Below are positions 8,959-19,113 of a stretch of DNA of 64,000 nucleotides, in pieces. The stretch covers positions 414-64,413 of the forward strand of contig JBILMZ010000001.1 of assembly GCA_044375275.1 (NCBI GenBank), written 5' to 3'. The stretch comes from Micropepsaceae bacterium (lineage in GTDB: Bacteria > Pseudomonadota > Alphaproteobacteria > Micropepsales > Micropepsaceae). The notes beneath the pieces are model-generated. The model was not told the origin of the DNA, did no database searches, and saw only the letters and a program-made list of their open reading frames with translations. The translations under genes and the position numbers were made by a program. Positions within the stretch are counted from its first letter, which is position 1. Every line of letters starts with the position of its first letter.

Positions 8959-9989
8959 CAGAGATCAGCCCACTTCAGGACGACCTTGCCCGAGCTGCCC
9001 GTGCGCATGGCGGCAAAGCCCTTTTCGAATTCCGTGTAGTGGAACCGGTGGGTGATGACCGGCGAGATATCCAGACCTGACTGAATGAGCACGGACATCT
9101 TGTACCAGGTCTCGTACATCTCGCGGCCATAGATGCCCTTGATGGTCAGCATGTTGAAGATGACCTTGTTCCAGTCGATGGACATGTCCGACGTGGGGAT
9201 CCCGAGCATGGCGATGCGCCCGCCATGGCACATGTTGGCGAGCATGTCGCGGAAGGCAAACGGATTGCCCGACATTTCAAGGCCCACATCGAAGCCTTCC
9301 CGCATGCCGAGTTTGTTCTGGGCGTCGGCAATCGACATTTCCTTCACGTTGACGGCGAGGTCGACCTTCATGCGTCGCGCCAGTTCGAGACGGGACTCGT
9401 TCATGTCGGTAATGACCACGTAGCGTGCGCCAGCCTGGCGTACGACGGCGGCTGCCATGATGCCAATGGGCCCTGCCCCGGTGATCAGCACGTCCTCGCC
9501 GAGGACCGGGAACTGAAGTGCCGTGTGAACCGCATTTCCGAACGGATCGAAGATCGACGCCACATCAAGGTCAATGCCTTCATGGTGATGCCAGATATTC
9601 GTCATTGGCAGTGAAATGTACTCCGCGAAAGCGCCCGTACGATTGACGCCCACGCCGCTGGTATTGGCACACATGTGGTAGCGGCCTGCCATGCAGTTGC
9701 GGCAGCGGCCGCAGACAATGTGACCTTCGCCGCTGACAATTTCGCCCTTGCGGTAGTCCGTGACGTTGGAGCCCACGTCCACGATCTCGCCGACGAACTC
9801 GTGACCAATGACGAGCGGAACCGGAATGGTCTTCTGCGCCCACTCATCCCAGTTGTAGATGTGCTGATCCGTGCCGCAGATACCCGTGCGCAGCACGCGG
9901 ATCATCACGTCATTGATCCCCATCTGGGGTTCAGGAACGTCTGCAAGCCAGAGGCCTGGTTCTGCCCGCGATTTGACAAGCGCCTTCAT
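8958..9989 (-). CDS. tdh: L-threonine 3-dehydrogenase (Zn-dependent)
   Basis: [53 protein letters not shown] closely parallels the E. coli Tdh N-terminus. The start was trimmed to ATG 9989 (343 aa). Confidence 0.95.
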   Translation of the reverse strand: MKALVKSRAEPGLWLADVPEPQMGINDVMIRVLRTGICGTDQHIYNWDEWAQKTIPVPLVIGHEFVGEIVDVGSNVTDYRKGEIVSGEGHIVCGRCRNCMAGRYHMCANTSGVGVNRTGAFAEYISLPMTNIWHHHEGIDLDVASIFDPFGNAVHTALQFPVLGEDVLITGAGPIGIMAAAVVRQAGARYVVITDMNESRLELARRMKVDLAVNVKEMSIADAQNKLGMREGFDVGLEMSGNPFAFRDMLANMCHGGRIAMLGIPTSDMSIDWNKVIFNMLTIKGIYGREMYETWYKMSVLIQSGLDISPVITHRFHYTEFEKGFAAMRTGSSGKVVLKWADL

Positions 9990-10147
9990 GTCTTTTCTCC
10001 CTGGGACCTCCGGCACGACGGTCGTCACCGGTGCTGCATGGGTCTGTCAGCCAATTTCCGGCCGGCACATTATCAATGCCGAACTTCCGATGTAAGGGCG
10101 ACCGCACGTGCACCGTGCGGTGTTTCGCGGCAGCCTTGCCGCACTGG

Positions 10148-10840
10148 TCAAGCCTGCGTGGCGCGTTCTCCAAAGATGGCGCTGCCGATCCGGACACATG
10201 TGGCGCCGAGCGCTATGGCTGCCTCAAAGTCTCCGCTCATGCCCATGCTCAGTTCCTTCAGGCCCGCCTGGCGCGCCAGTTTCCCCAGCAATGCGAAGTG
10301 TGGTGCGGGCTGGTCTTCGACAGGCGGAATACACATGAGCCCGTCGATCTTCAACTTCCATTCGTCCCTGCACCTTTCCACGAAAGCCAGTGCTTCACGC
10401 GGCGGCAGACCCGCTTTCTGCTCTTCCTCGCCGGTGTTTACCTGCACATACAACGCAGGGCACCGCCCTGCCCTGTCGGCTGCGCGCATCAGGGCCTCAG
10501 CGAGGCTTGGCCTGTCTAGGGTGTGAATCACATCGAAGAGCGCCACCGCATCCCGCGCCTTGTTCGACTGAAGCGGGCCGATCAGGTGGAGTTCGAAACT
10601 TGCGCCGCCTGCACGGAGTTCCGGAAATTTCGACTGAGCTTCCTGAACACGGTTCTCGCCGAAGATGGACTGTCCCGCCTCAAGGGCAAACCGAACGGCA
10701 TCAATGGGGTGGGTCTTGCTGACAGCGATCAGCCTGATGCCAGCCGGATCGCGGCTGGCAAGCGCTGCGGCCCGGCCGATCCGCGACCGTACCTCGCCGA
10801 GGTTTGCCGAGATTTCCGATGCTGTTATGGATGGTCCCAT
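10148..10840 (-). CDS. yggS: YggS-family pyridoxal-phosphate homeostasis protein
   Basis: IRLIAVSKTHP...GQSIFGENRVQEA...HLIGPLQSNK...LSMGMSGDFEAAI. The start was trimmed to ATG 10840 (231 aa, typical size). Confidence 0.9.
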   Translation of the reverse strand: MGPSITASEISANLGEVRSRIGRAAALASRDPAGIRLIAVSKTHPIDAVRFALEAGQSIFGENRVQEAQSKFPELRAGGASFELHLIGPLQSNKARDAVALFDVIHTLDRPSLAEALMRAADRAGRCPALYVQVNTGEEEQKAGLPPREALAFVERCRDEWKLKIDGLMCIPPVEDQPAPHFALLGKLARQAGLKELSMGMSGDFEAAIALGATCVRIGSAIFGERATQA

Positions 10841-11501
10841 GAGCGACAACCAGACCCGTGAATGGAGGCGGAACCTTGCACGGATGGCCCGCAGGCTCAA
10901 CGCCCGCGCACGGCCTCGTCCTGCCATTGCCGGACTTGTCCTGATGACAGATGACCGGTTGACCGTGAATTGGGTCAGCGCCGCGCTTGCGTTGCCGGCC
11001 GGGTCTGCCGTCATCGTGCGTCACCGCAATTCCCGGGCACGGGAAAGCCTTGCGCGCGCGTTGCTACAGGTCTGCCGCCGCCGGCGTGTCCTCCTGATTG
11101 TCGCGGAAGATTTTCACCTTGCCCGGCGCATTCATGCAGACGGGGTTCATGTTCCGGAGCGGCTTGCGGGCCGGATCCCCGGCCTGCGGACGGCCAACAA
11201 AGACTGGATCATAACCACGTCGGTTCACAGCCTGGGTGCCCGCTTGCAGGCCGAGCGCCTGTCGCCTGACGCCCTGCTCGTGTCCCCGCTATTCGATACG
11301 GCGAGCCATGCCGGCAAGACGTCGCTGGGCAAGACCCGTCTGTCCGCCATTGTTTCCGGCAGCCGCCTGCCCTGCCTTGCCCTGGGCGGCATTGATGCTT
11401 CGAACGTGTCGCTGGTTTCCGGACTACCCGTTCAGGGCATCGCGCTCATACGCGGATGGCTTGGCGCGGATGGCTCGGCGCCGATTGCCGCTAGAAGCTG
11501 A
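10839..11501 (+). CDS. Thiamine-phosphate synthase (ThiE)-like protein
   Basis: LVLMTDDR...VIVRHR...LLIVAEDFHLARRIHADGVHV...SVHS...LVSPLF.T.SH.G...LALGGI, a TMP-TENI-like pattern. The start is ATG 10839 or ATG 10884. The track start at 10665 lies inside yggS. Confidence 0.7.
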   Translation: MSDNQTREWRRNLARMARRLNARARPRPAIAGLVLMTDDRLTVNWVSAALALPAGSAVIVRHRNSRARESLARALLQVCRRRRVLLIVAEDFHLARRIHADGVHVPERLAGRIPGLRTANKDWIITTSVHSLGARLQAERLSPDALLVSPLFDTASHAGKTSLGKTRLSAIVSGSRLPCLALGGIDASNVSLVSGLPVQGIALIRGWLGADGSAPIAARS

Positions 11502-12711
11502 AGGTCGTTTCCAGATAGCCGACATTGCCGTCAAGCGTGTAGCAACCAAACCCGCCTGAATCGGTCGGACAGCCCCCGAAGGGCCCCTCGAACTCGAAAT
11601 GCTGGTAACCGGCTGACACCCGCCAGTTCTCATCCAGCGTGTAGGCGCCCGCGAACTGAAGGCCTTCTCCGGCCTGGTTGTCGGAAAACGGCAGCTCAGC
11701 GTCTGCGGTGACGTAGTTCACGCCAAACATCCACGGGCCGGTTTCGTAGGTCAGACCCACGCTCCAGATGTCAGTGTAGCTGTCCTCGTAGACATTGGCC
11801 AAAAAGCCCTGGGTGACGGGGCCACCGCCGGCAACGTTTGTCTGTCGGAAAGCTGCGCCCACGGTCCACTCGCGATAGCCGAGCTTGGCTGCGGCTCCCC
11901 ACTCCTCAAGGTCACCGAAAAAACCCGGCGAGGTGTTGGCGACATTTTCACCGGTCACGTAACCAACCGAAAGGCCAAGGTCGACCTCGCCAATTGTGCG
12001 CAGGTAGTTCGCCGCGAAGTCCCAGACGTTGGCCTGTTCGTTCGCTTCGTCGTCACCAAACACATCACCGAGATCGCGCGTCCCATCCGGCGCGTATGAA
12101 ACTGCCAGATGAAGGCCGCCGAGATCCGGCGTCATGTACATGATCTTCAGATAGTCGTCCGATCCGTGAATGTCGGAGCGCAGCTGCATGCCGTTCGGGC
12201 TGAACAGGCTGCCCGGATCCTGGGGTTCAGAGCCGCAGGAGAAACTGCAGGGATAGCCCAACAGGAATACTTCGGGGTTGTCGACGCGGATGCTCTTCGT
12301 GACCGACGGAACCGCAAGGCCGAGGATGTCTGCTGCGCCATCCTGCAAGCCCATCTGGAAGCGACCGATCCGCGAGTCCCAGTAAACCCATGCTTCCTCG
12401 AGAATGTTCGAAGCACCTGCGTCATTCAGAAACGAGTCGAAATTTGATGCATAGTCGACATCGACTGCCGCGCGGGCACCAATCTCTCCGCCTCCGTCGA
12501 GCGGCATGGACAATGAACCGAAGAGCCCTGAGTCCACCGCAAGCGCAGCTTCATCCAGGCCGTCCATGTTCGACTGGTCAATGACGGCACCGACGACGCT
12601 GACATGACCGTTGAGGCGCAGAATCACGGAGTCCGTTCCCTCCGCGACGGCCGGCAGGGCCGCTGCAGATGCCAGGACTGTCGTCAGGGCAAGGCAGACA
12701 AAACGGTTCAT
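11491..12711 (-). CDS. Outer-membrane porin (alphaproteobacterial Porin_2-like beta-barrel)
   Basis: Signal peptide MNRFVCLALTTVLASAAALPAVAEG. Alternating beta-strand pattern, Gly/Asp/Tyr-rich. C-terminal ...GYLETTFSF ends in Phe. Confidence 0.85.
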   Translation of the reverse strand: MNRFVCLALTTVLASAAALPAVAEGTDSVILRLNGHVSVVGAVIDQSNMDGLDEAALAVDSGLFGSLSMPLDGGGEIGARAAVDVDYASNFDSFLNDAGASNILEEAWVYWDSRIGRFQMGLQDGAADILGLAVPSVTKSIRVDNPEVFLLGYPCSFSCGSEPQDPGSLFSPNGMQLRSDIHGSDDYLKIMYMTPDLGGLHLAVSYAPDGTRDLGDVFGDDEANEQANVWDFAANYLRTIGEVDLGLSVGYVTGENVANTSPGFFGDLEEWGAAAKLGYREWTVGAAFRQTNVAGGGPVTQGFLANVYEDSYTDIWSVGLTYETGPWMFGVNYVTADAELPFSDNQAGEGLQFAGAYTLDENWRVSAGYQHFEFEGPFGGCPTDSGGFGCYTLDGNVGYLETTFSF

Positions 12712-12738
12712 CAGGCGTCACTCAACAGGTCGGCGGCT

Positions 12739-14025
12739 TCAGAAGGAAATGGAGGTCTGAAGGTAGCCCATATTGGCGTCGAGCGTATCACAAACGGGCG
12801 TGACACCCGCTACACAAGTGCCGCCGGGGCCTTCGAAGCTGTAATGTTGGTAACCGGCGACGATGCGTGCGTTCTCGTCGAATTCGTAGCCAATGGCGCC
12901 AGCCCAGCCTTGCGCGTCCTGCGTCAGTCCGGCGGCGAGCAGTCCATCCGGCAGCTCTTCTTCGAGGTTAACGTACTCGGCGCCAATGCGCCACGGACCC
13001 GTTTCGTAGGTCACGCCCGCGCCCCATGTCGTCGTGTGGTTGTCCGGCAGAACACATCCGGCGAGCGTCGCGCATCCGACAGACACAGCGCCGCCATCGG
13101 CGAGCCCTGCACCACCGGCGACGTTCGTCACGCGGTAGGAGCCACCGACTTTCAGTCCTTCATAGGCAACCTGCGCGCCGAAGCCCCATTCTTCAAGGTC
13201 ACCGGGTTCGAAGGCGAAGGAATTCACGGACGTCAGCACCGGAAGCGCCGCGACATAAGAGACTTGCCGCGTCGTGGCGTTCTCGTTGTAGCCAGCGACG
13301 TAGCCTGCATAAAAGCCGACATCGAAGGCGCTCAGCGAGCCCTGGTAGTTCACGCCCACTTCCCAGATGTTGCCCTGCTTGTCGGCGTCGTCGTTTGCCT
13401 TGAAGAGGTCATTGACCCCGCGCGTCAGCTCCGGCGTATAGGACGCGGAAAGCTGGACGCCGATCAGGCGCGGCGAATAGTAGATGATCTTCAGAGCATC
13501 GCCGGACGCATTCAGATCCGTGCGGATATGTGCGCCATTGGGCGCGTAAGCGCTGAAGCTGTCCGCGGGCGGGTTCTGAAGCGGAAATGCGCGCGCGTCA
13601 TCGAGACGATTGATCTCCGAGACCGTCGGCGAGAAAATTCCTGCGCTGTCTGCGGCGCCATCCTCAAGCCCCAGTGTCAGACGGCCGAAGGCTGTCTGCA
13701 CATAGAGCCAGACTTCGTCGACAATTTCGGGGGCACCATGGATCTGGTCATTCGAGAATTCGTGCTCGCTTGACTGGAAGCGTAGCTGTCCGCGCAGCCC
13801 GTATTCGACGCCGCTGTCAGACACCGTCTTGACACGACCCCAAACCTTGCCTTCGGCGGCGAAGCCAAAGTCGTTCAGTTCGTTCGACGGAATTTCATCC
13901 TGCTCGATCCCGTAGGATGACAGGTTGGCCTGACCACCCCAGTCATAAGACCACTCTCCCGCCACGGCAGGCGCGGTCAACGCCAGGAATGAAACTGCTG
14001 CTACTGCCGGCAATAAACGGGTCAT
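12739..14025 (-). CDS. Outer-membrane porin, paralog of the downstream gene
   Basis: ATG 14025 gives MTRLLPAVAAVSFLALTAPAVAGEW. The C-terminus ...MGYLQTSISF and internal blocks (YETGPW, AGYQH..FEGP) are shared with the 11491-12711 product. Only 27 nt separate the two genes. Confidence 0.85.
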   Translation of the reverse strand: MTRLLPAVAAVSFLALTAPAVAGEWSYDWGGQANLSSYGIEQDEIPSNELNDFGFAAEGKVWGRVKTVSDSGVEYGLRGQLRFQSSEHEFSNDQIHGAPEIVDEVWLYVQTAFGRLTLGLEDGAADSAGIFSPTVSEINRLDDARAFPLQNPPADSFSAYAPNGAHIRTDLNASGDALKIIYYSPRLIGVQLSASYTPELTRGVNDLFKANDDADKQGNIWEVGVNYQGSLSAFDVGFYAGYVAGYNENATTRQVSYVAALPVLTSVNSFAFEPGDLEEWGFGAQVAYEGLKVGGSYRVTNVAGGAGLADGGAVSVGCATLAGCVLPDNHTTTWGAGVTYETGPWRIGAEYVNLEEELPDGLLAAGLTQDAQGWAGAIGYEFDENARIVAGYQHYSFEGPGGTCVAGVTPVCDTLDANMGYLQTSISF

Positions 14026-14343
14026 GAGGAGCCCTTCAAAAGATACAGAAAACACCAACTGGTCCCCCACCCCGGAAAAGAAGGCAATTCGCCATTCCGG
14101 TCAAGCATTTGATCCTCCCGCGCGCAGTTCACGACAGCAGTGTGGCGGCTCCGTTTCAGGATAACTGCAGGTTTCAGCATGCCCGCATTGCGCGGAAATG
14201 CTGATGCACGCACAAAAATACCAAATTTAACGCGCGCCACGATTGCTGCCTGATCACGCGTTCGCGTATAAAGCGGCCTGCCGCGGGCTGAAAGCCCATG
14301 GTCCGTTCACCTTATCCCGGTGCCCCAGATTCGAGCGTTGTCC

Positions 14344-14895
14344 ATGAAAACCAAGCTGCTTTCCGTATTTCTCGCCGCTGCAGTCCTGTCCGGTTGCGGG
14401 TCCGATCCCGAAAAGCCGCAACCAACGGCTGACGTGCCTCCGCCCGCCCCTTCCTCGAAGGCTGAGAGCGGCGATACAGGCGTTTTTGGCTGGCTTGGCG
14501 TGACAGGTGACAGCAGCACCTCCAGCAGTTCGAGCAGCTCAAGCAGCGCCGGGCTCAAGCCGGAGGACAGGAAGGGCGTGGCCGTGAACGCCTATCTGTG
14601 GCGTTCAAGCCTGGACTCGCTCTCCTTCATGCCGATGGAACAGACGGATCCTTTTGCCGGCATCATCAAGACCGGCTGGTACACCCCGCCCTCCGCACCC
14701 AACGAGCGCCTGAAGGTATCGGTCTTCATTCTCGATACGCGCCTTCGTGCAGAGGCGGTTCGCGTTTCCATTTTCAAGGAAGCGAAGAAACCAACCGGCG
14801 AGTGGGCAACTGCCACGGTCGATCCGGAAACCGTCACGAAGCTTGAGAACGTGATCCTCGACAGGGCGCGCCAACTGAAGATCCAGTCCGAATAG
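14344..14895 (+). CDS. Lipoprotein, DUF3576-like, with a poly-Ser linker
   Basis: ATG 14344 gives MKTKLLSVFLAAAVLSGCGS (lipobox LSGC). SSTSSSSSSSSS tract. The conserved core AVNAYLWRSSLDSLSFMP..GWY..P is recalled as DUF3576, commonly found upstream of leuS in Alphaproteobacteria. Confidence 0.7.
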   Translation: MKTKLLSVFLAAAVLSGCGSDPEKPQPTADVPPPAPSSKAESGDTGVFGWLGVTGDSSTSSSSSSSSSAGLKPEDRKGVAVNAYLWRSSLDSLSFMPMEQTDPFAGIIKTGWYTPPSAPNERLKVSVFILDTRLRAEAVRVSIFKEAKKPTGEWATATVDPETVTKLENVILDRARQLKIQSE

Positions 14896-15012
14896 GAAGG
14901 CTCATCAACAGGCGCGGCCCGATGCCGCTTCTGTAATCACCGTTCTGCGCTGGTAAACTTCGTGTAACGGTCCTGTCAGAGACTGTAACACGCAGCCAAA
15001 CGGAATTTGCAG

Positions 15013-17586
15013 ATGTCGCGCTACAACGCACGCGAAGTTGAACCCAAGTGGCAGAAGGCCTGGGAAGAATCCCGGGTCTTCGAAGCCGGCATCGATCGCA
15101 GCAAACCCAAGTATTATGTGCTCGAGATGTTCCCCTATCCGTCGGGGCGCATCCATATCGGGCATGGCCGCAACTATGTGATGGGTGACGTCGTCGCCCG
15201 GTTCAAGCGGGCCATGGGATTCAACGTGCTGCATCCGATGGGCTGGGATGCGTTCGGCATGCCTGCCGAAAATGCTGCCATGGAGCAGAAGTCCCACCCC
15301 GGCACCTGGACCTACGCAAACATCGAAACAATGAAGTCCCAGCTCAAGCTGCTTGGGCTTTCGATCGACTGGAGCCGAGAGTTCGCAACCTGCGACCCGA
15401 CCTATTATCGCCACCAGCAGAAGATGTTCCTGGACTTCCTCCGCCTGGGCCTGGTCGCGCGCAAGGAGTCGAACGTCAACTGGGATCCTGTCGACAACAC
15501 GGTTCTTGCGAACGAGCAAGTGGTGGATGGACGTGGCTGGCGCTCAGGCGCGCTCGTGGAGCAGCGCAAGCTGACGCAGTGGTTCCTGCGCATTTCGGAC
15601 ATGGCTGAGGAGTTGCTCGAAGCGATCGACACGCTGGATCGCTGGCCGGACAAGGTCCGCCTGATGCAGCGCAACTGGATCGGACGCTCTGAAGGCGCGC
15701 GCGTGACCTTTGCGCTGACCGACAAGGTGCACACGTCACTCGAGGTCTTCACCACGCGGCCGGACACGCTGTTCGGTGCAAGCTTCTGTGCGATCTCACC
15801 GGATCATGCAATTGCGCAGGACCTGGCCACGTCGAACAAGGCGATTGCCGACTTCATCGCAGAGTGCAAGCGCCTCGGGACGACGGCGGCGGCGATCGAG
15901 TCTGCCGAGAAGATGGGCTTCGATACGGGCCTGCGCGCAAAGCATCCGTTCATTGCCGGGCACACCCTGCCCGTCTACATCGCCAATTTCGTGCTCATGG
16001 AGTATGGGCTCGGCGCCATTTTCGGATGCCCGGCGCATGACCAGCGCGACCTCGATTTCGCAAGGAAATACAAGCTTCCCGTGTTGCCGGTCGTCATCCC
16101 TGCGGGCGAAGACCCGAAGGCCTTTTCGGTGGGAGAAGAGGCCTATGTCGGTGACGGCCTGCTCGCCAATTCCGAGTTCCTGAACGGGCTCGGTGTGGAC
16201 GAGGCGAAAACGAATGTCATCGCGAAGCTGGAGAGCATGGACGTCGGCAAGAAGACGATCACGTATCGCCTTCGGGACTGGGGCATCAGCCGACAGCGCT
16301 ACTGGGGCTGCCCGATCCCGATCATTCATTGCGACGCCTGTGGCCCGGTGCCGGTTCCCGAGAAGGACCTGCCGGTGAAGCTGCCTGAAGATGCGACGTT
16401 CGATCTGCCGGGCAATCCGCTTGACCGGCATCCGACCTGGAAGCATGTCGCCTGCCCGACCTGCAAGAAACCAGCTCGGCGCGAGACGGATACGATGGAC
16501 ACGTTCGTGGACTCGTCCTGGTACTTCGCCCGGTTCTGCGATTCAAAGGCCGAAGGGCCGACGAACCTCGAGGCCGTGAATTACTGGCTGCCGGTTGACC
16601 AGTATATTGGCGGGATCGAGCACGCGATCCTTCACCTCCTCTATTCGCGCTTCTTCGTGCGCGCCATGAAGAAGGCGGGGCATGCGGGCCTCAGCGAACC
16701 GTTCGCCGGCCTGTTCACGCAAGGCATGATCACGCACGAAACCTACAAGGACGCCGACGGCAAATGGCTGTTCCCTGAACAGGTCGAGAAGCGTGACGGC
16801 GTGACCCTGAAACGTGGGGCCAACTATGCGGTCGAGGTTGGTCCGGTCGAGAAGATGTCGAAGTCCAAGAAGAACGTCGTACCGCCAGAAGCCGTCGCCG
16901 ACACCTACGGCGTCGACGCGGCACGGTGGTTCATGATGTCGGACTCGCCGCCGGAGCGTGACTCCGAGTGGAGCGACGCCGGCATCGAAGGTGCCTGGCG
17001 CTTCGTGCAACGCGTGTGGCGACTGCTCGATGAGAGCCTTCCGGCCATTCCCGCGCGCGGCACGCCCTGCCCCGCCGCGATCGGCAAGCAGGCCAATGAC
17101 ATCCGCCGCGTCACCCATCGGACGATTGCCGCGGTCACCGAAGATCTCGAGAAGTTCCGGTTCAACAAGGCCGTCGCGCGCGTGTTCGAATTCATCAACG
17201 CGCTGTCGGCCTTCGAGCCTAAGGATGCCGGCGACCAGTGGGTGATGCGAGAGGCCCTTGAGGCCCTGACCATGCTGATCAACCCGATGGTGCCGCACCT
17301 GTCCGAAGAGTGCTGGCAGAAACTGGGCGCGACAACCATGGCGGTGCATGCCCCGTGGCCGAAGGCCGACCCTGAATTGACCCGCCTGGACAGTGTAACT
17401 CTGGCGATTCAGATCGACGGAAAACGCCGGGATGAAGTAGAATTACCCAAGGATTTGCCCTCGAAAGCCGTCGAAGAGGCGGCGCTTGCCCGGGAAGATG
17501 TCCGCAAGGCCATTGACGGACGGGCGATCAAAAAGGTCATTATCGTGCCGAACCGGATTGTGAACATCGTTACGGAGCCAAAATGA
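15013..17586 (+). CDS. leuS: Leucine--tRNA ligase
   Basis: [21 protein letters not shown]-type [16 protein letters not shown] present ([10 protein letters not shown]). About 857 aa. The track start at 15007 is TTG, and ATG 15013 is preferred. Confidence 0.97.
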   Translation: MSRYNAREVEPKWQKAWEESRVFEAGIDRSKPKYYVLEMFPYPSGRIHIGHGRNYVMGDVVARFKRAMGFNVLHPMGWDAFGMPAENAAMEQKSHPGTWTYANIETMKSQLKLLGLSIDWSREFATCDPTYYRHQQKMFLDFLRLGLVARKESNVNWDPVDNTVLANEQVVDGRGWRSGALVEQRKLTQWFLRISDMAEELLEAIDTLDRWPDKVRLMQRNWIGRSEGARVTFALTDKVHTSLEVFTTRPDTLFGASFCAISPDHAIAQDLATSNKAIADFIAECKRLGTTAAAIESAEKMGFDTGLRAKHPFIAGHTLPVYIANFVLMEYGLGAIFGCPAHDQRDLDFARKYKLPVLPVVIPAGEDPKAFSVGEEAYVGDGLLANSEFLNGLGVDEAKTNVIAKLESMDVGKKTITYRLRDWGISRQRYWGCPIPIIHCDACGPVPVPEKDLPVKLPEDATFDLPGNPLDRHPTWKHVACPTCKKPARRETDTMDTFVDSSWYFARFCDSKAEGPTNLEAVNYWLPVDQYIGGIEHAILHLLYSRFFVRAMKKAGHAGLSEPFAGLFTQGMITHETYKDADGKWLFPEQVEKRDGVTLKRGANYAVEVGPVEKMSKSKKNVVPPEAVADTYGVDAARWFMMSDSPPERDSEWSDAGIEGAWRFVQRVWRLLDESLPAIPARGTPCPAAIGKQANDIRRVTHRTIAAVTEDLEKFRFNKAVARVFEFINALSAFEPKDAGDQWVMREALEALTMLINPMVPHLSEECWQKLGATTMAVHAPWPKADPELTRLDSVTLAIQIDGKRRDEVELPKDLPSKAVEEAALAREDVRKAIDGRAIKKVIIVPNRIVNIVTEPK

Positions 17587-18101
17587 AGCGAGTTGCCCGC
17601 GCCGTAGTCGTCGCCGCTGCTGCCATCAGTCTTGCCGGCTGCGGGTTCCGTCCGCTTTATGCCGTCGGAACGACACCCGATGGCATGAGCTCCTATTTCG
17701 GCCAGGTCTATGTCGATCCCATTCCCGGTCGCCAGGGTGTTCACCTGCGCAACCAGCTGCTTGATGCCATGACCCCGGGCGGCACGCCGTCCAGTGCCGC
17801 GTACAACCTGAACGTCCAGCTGAAAGACACGAAGGAAGGCCTGGCCATCCAGGAAAACACGCAGATCACGCGTTACAATTATACGCTCACCGCGAAGTAC
17901 GAACTGCGCGATGCCGTGTCGAACGAAGTGCTCGACAAGGGTACCGCGCGTGCGATCGCAGCCTATAACGTTGTCGACTCGCAATTCGGCACACAGTCCG
18001 CCGAACGTGACGCGCAGGAACGTGCCGCCCGTGAAGTCGGCGAAGATATCCGTCTGCGCATCGGCCTCTATTTTGAAAACCGCTTCGGTTCGAAGAACTG
18101 A
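17583..18101 (+). CDS. lptE: LPS-assembly lipoprotein LptE
   Basis: Lipobox [12 protein letters not shown]. Canonical leuS-lptE-holA order. 4-nt overlap with the leuS stop. Confidence 0.8.
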   Translation: MKRVARAVVVAAAAISLAGCGFRPLYAVGTTPDGMSSYFGQVYVDPIPGRQGVHLRNQLLDAMTPGGTPSSAAYNLNVQLKDTKEGLAIQENTQITRYNYTLTAKYELRDAVSNEVLDKGTARAIAAYNVVDSQFGTQSAERDAQERAAREVGEDIRLRIGLYFENRFGSKN

Positions 18102-18123
18102 CGCAAGCTGACAGGCTCGCGAC

Positions 18124-19107
18124 GTGCGCATCTCCGGGAGTGAGGCCGACAAGCTGTCGACCAATCCGCCTGACACCTGGAAAGCGGTGCTGTTCCATGG
18201 CGGCAATGGTGGCCTCGTCCGTGAACGGGCAGATGCCTGCGCGCGAGCGATTGTTCCCGATTCAAAGGACGCCTTCCGGCTTGCCGACCTGAGCGGCGAC
18301 ATCCTCAAGAAGGACCCTGCTCGCCTGGTGGATGAAGCCTCTGCGATTTCCATGTTTGGTGGCCGGCGGGTCGTGCGCGTGCGTGATGCCGTCGACGGGC
18401 TGACGAGCCTGTTCGAGTCATTCTTCGAAACAGAGACTGGTGACACGCTGGTCGTGGTCGAAGCGGGTGAGCTTTCAAACAAGTCGACCTTGCGGAAGCT
18501 CTTTGAAGGGTCGCGTGCTGCAGGTACTGTCGACTGTCCTGATGATCGGGCCGAGGATACGGGCCGCATGATCAAGGAAGGGCTCGGCGCGCAGGGCTGG
18601 GCTATCGATGCGGAAGCGCAAGGCTATCTCGTTGAGGCTCTGGGTTCAGACCGCCGGCTGCTCCGCACTGAACTTGAGAAGCTGCTCCTTTACCTGGGAC
18701 CTTCCACCAAAGGCGACACTCTGGGAAAGGCCGAGGCGGCCGTGATCATCGGCGGCAGTGGCGACGTCGAAAGTGACGAGATCGCCGACGCTGTTGCGGA
18801 TGGCGACGTGAAGCGGCTGGAAGCGCTGATTGCCAAGGGAATGGAGTCGGGGCTGCACTGGGGCGTCGCGGTCGGCTTTACGCTTCGGCTGTTTCAGCGT
18901 CTGGCCGCCGGCATGGAAGGGTCTGGTCCCATGTGGGGGAAGATGTCCTCGCAAGCCGCCGGCTGGGACCGCGCCCGGGTCAAGCAGGCCCTTCTGATCC
19001 TTTCGGAAGCGGAGGCGCGTACCCGCACCACCGGATTTCCGGAGTCCGTCATGGCGCTTCAGGCGCTCGTCGATGTTGCGCGCCGGAAGCCGATGCGGCG
19101 TGGCTGA
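18124..19107 (+). CDS. holA: DNA polymerase III delta subunit
   Basis: Size (327 aa), position after lptE, and N-terminal ...AVLFHGGNGGLVRERAD...ISMFGGRRVV..RD pattern typical of HolA. GTG start. Confidence 0.85.
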   Translation: MRISGSEADKLSTNPPDTWKAVLFHGGNGGLVRERADACARAIVPDSKDAFRLADLSGDILKKDPARLVDEASAISMFGGRRVVRVRDAVDGLTSLFESFFETETGDTLVVVEAGELSNKSTLRKLFEGSRAAGTVDCPDDRAEDTGRMIKEGLGAQGWAIDAEAQGYLVEALGSDRRLLRTELEKLLLYLGPSTKGDTLGKAEAAVIIGGSGDVESDEIADAVADGDVKRLEALIAKGMESGLHWGVAVGFTLRLFQRLAAGMEGSGPMWGKMSSQAAGWDRARVKQALLILSEAEARTRTTGFPESVMALQALVDVARRKPMRRG

Positions 19108-19113
19108 CCTGCC

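Noticed and set aside
10102-10120. 7-bp hairpin CCGCACG-tgcac-CGTGCGG downstream of yggS
   Set aside because: On the transcribed (minus) strand it is not followed by a U-tract. The T-run is on the non-transcribed orientation, so the evidence is too weak for a terminator call.
12604-13773. 389-aa ORF antisense to the second porin
   Set aside because: Shadow ORF. The opposite strand encodes a signal peptide, beta-barrel periodicity and a C-terminal Phe. The antisense product is Arg-rich with no features.
17409-18575. 388-aa ORF antisense to leuS 3' end, lptE and holA
   Set aside because: It spans three well-supported sense genes and their junctions. Its Ser/Arg/Thr-rich low-complexity translation marks it as a shadow ORF.
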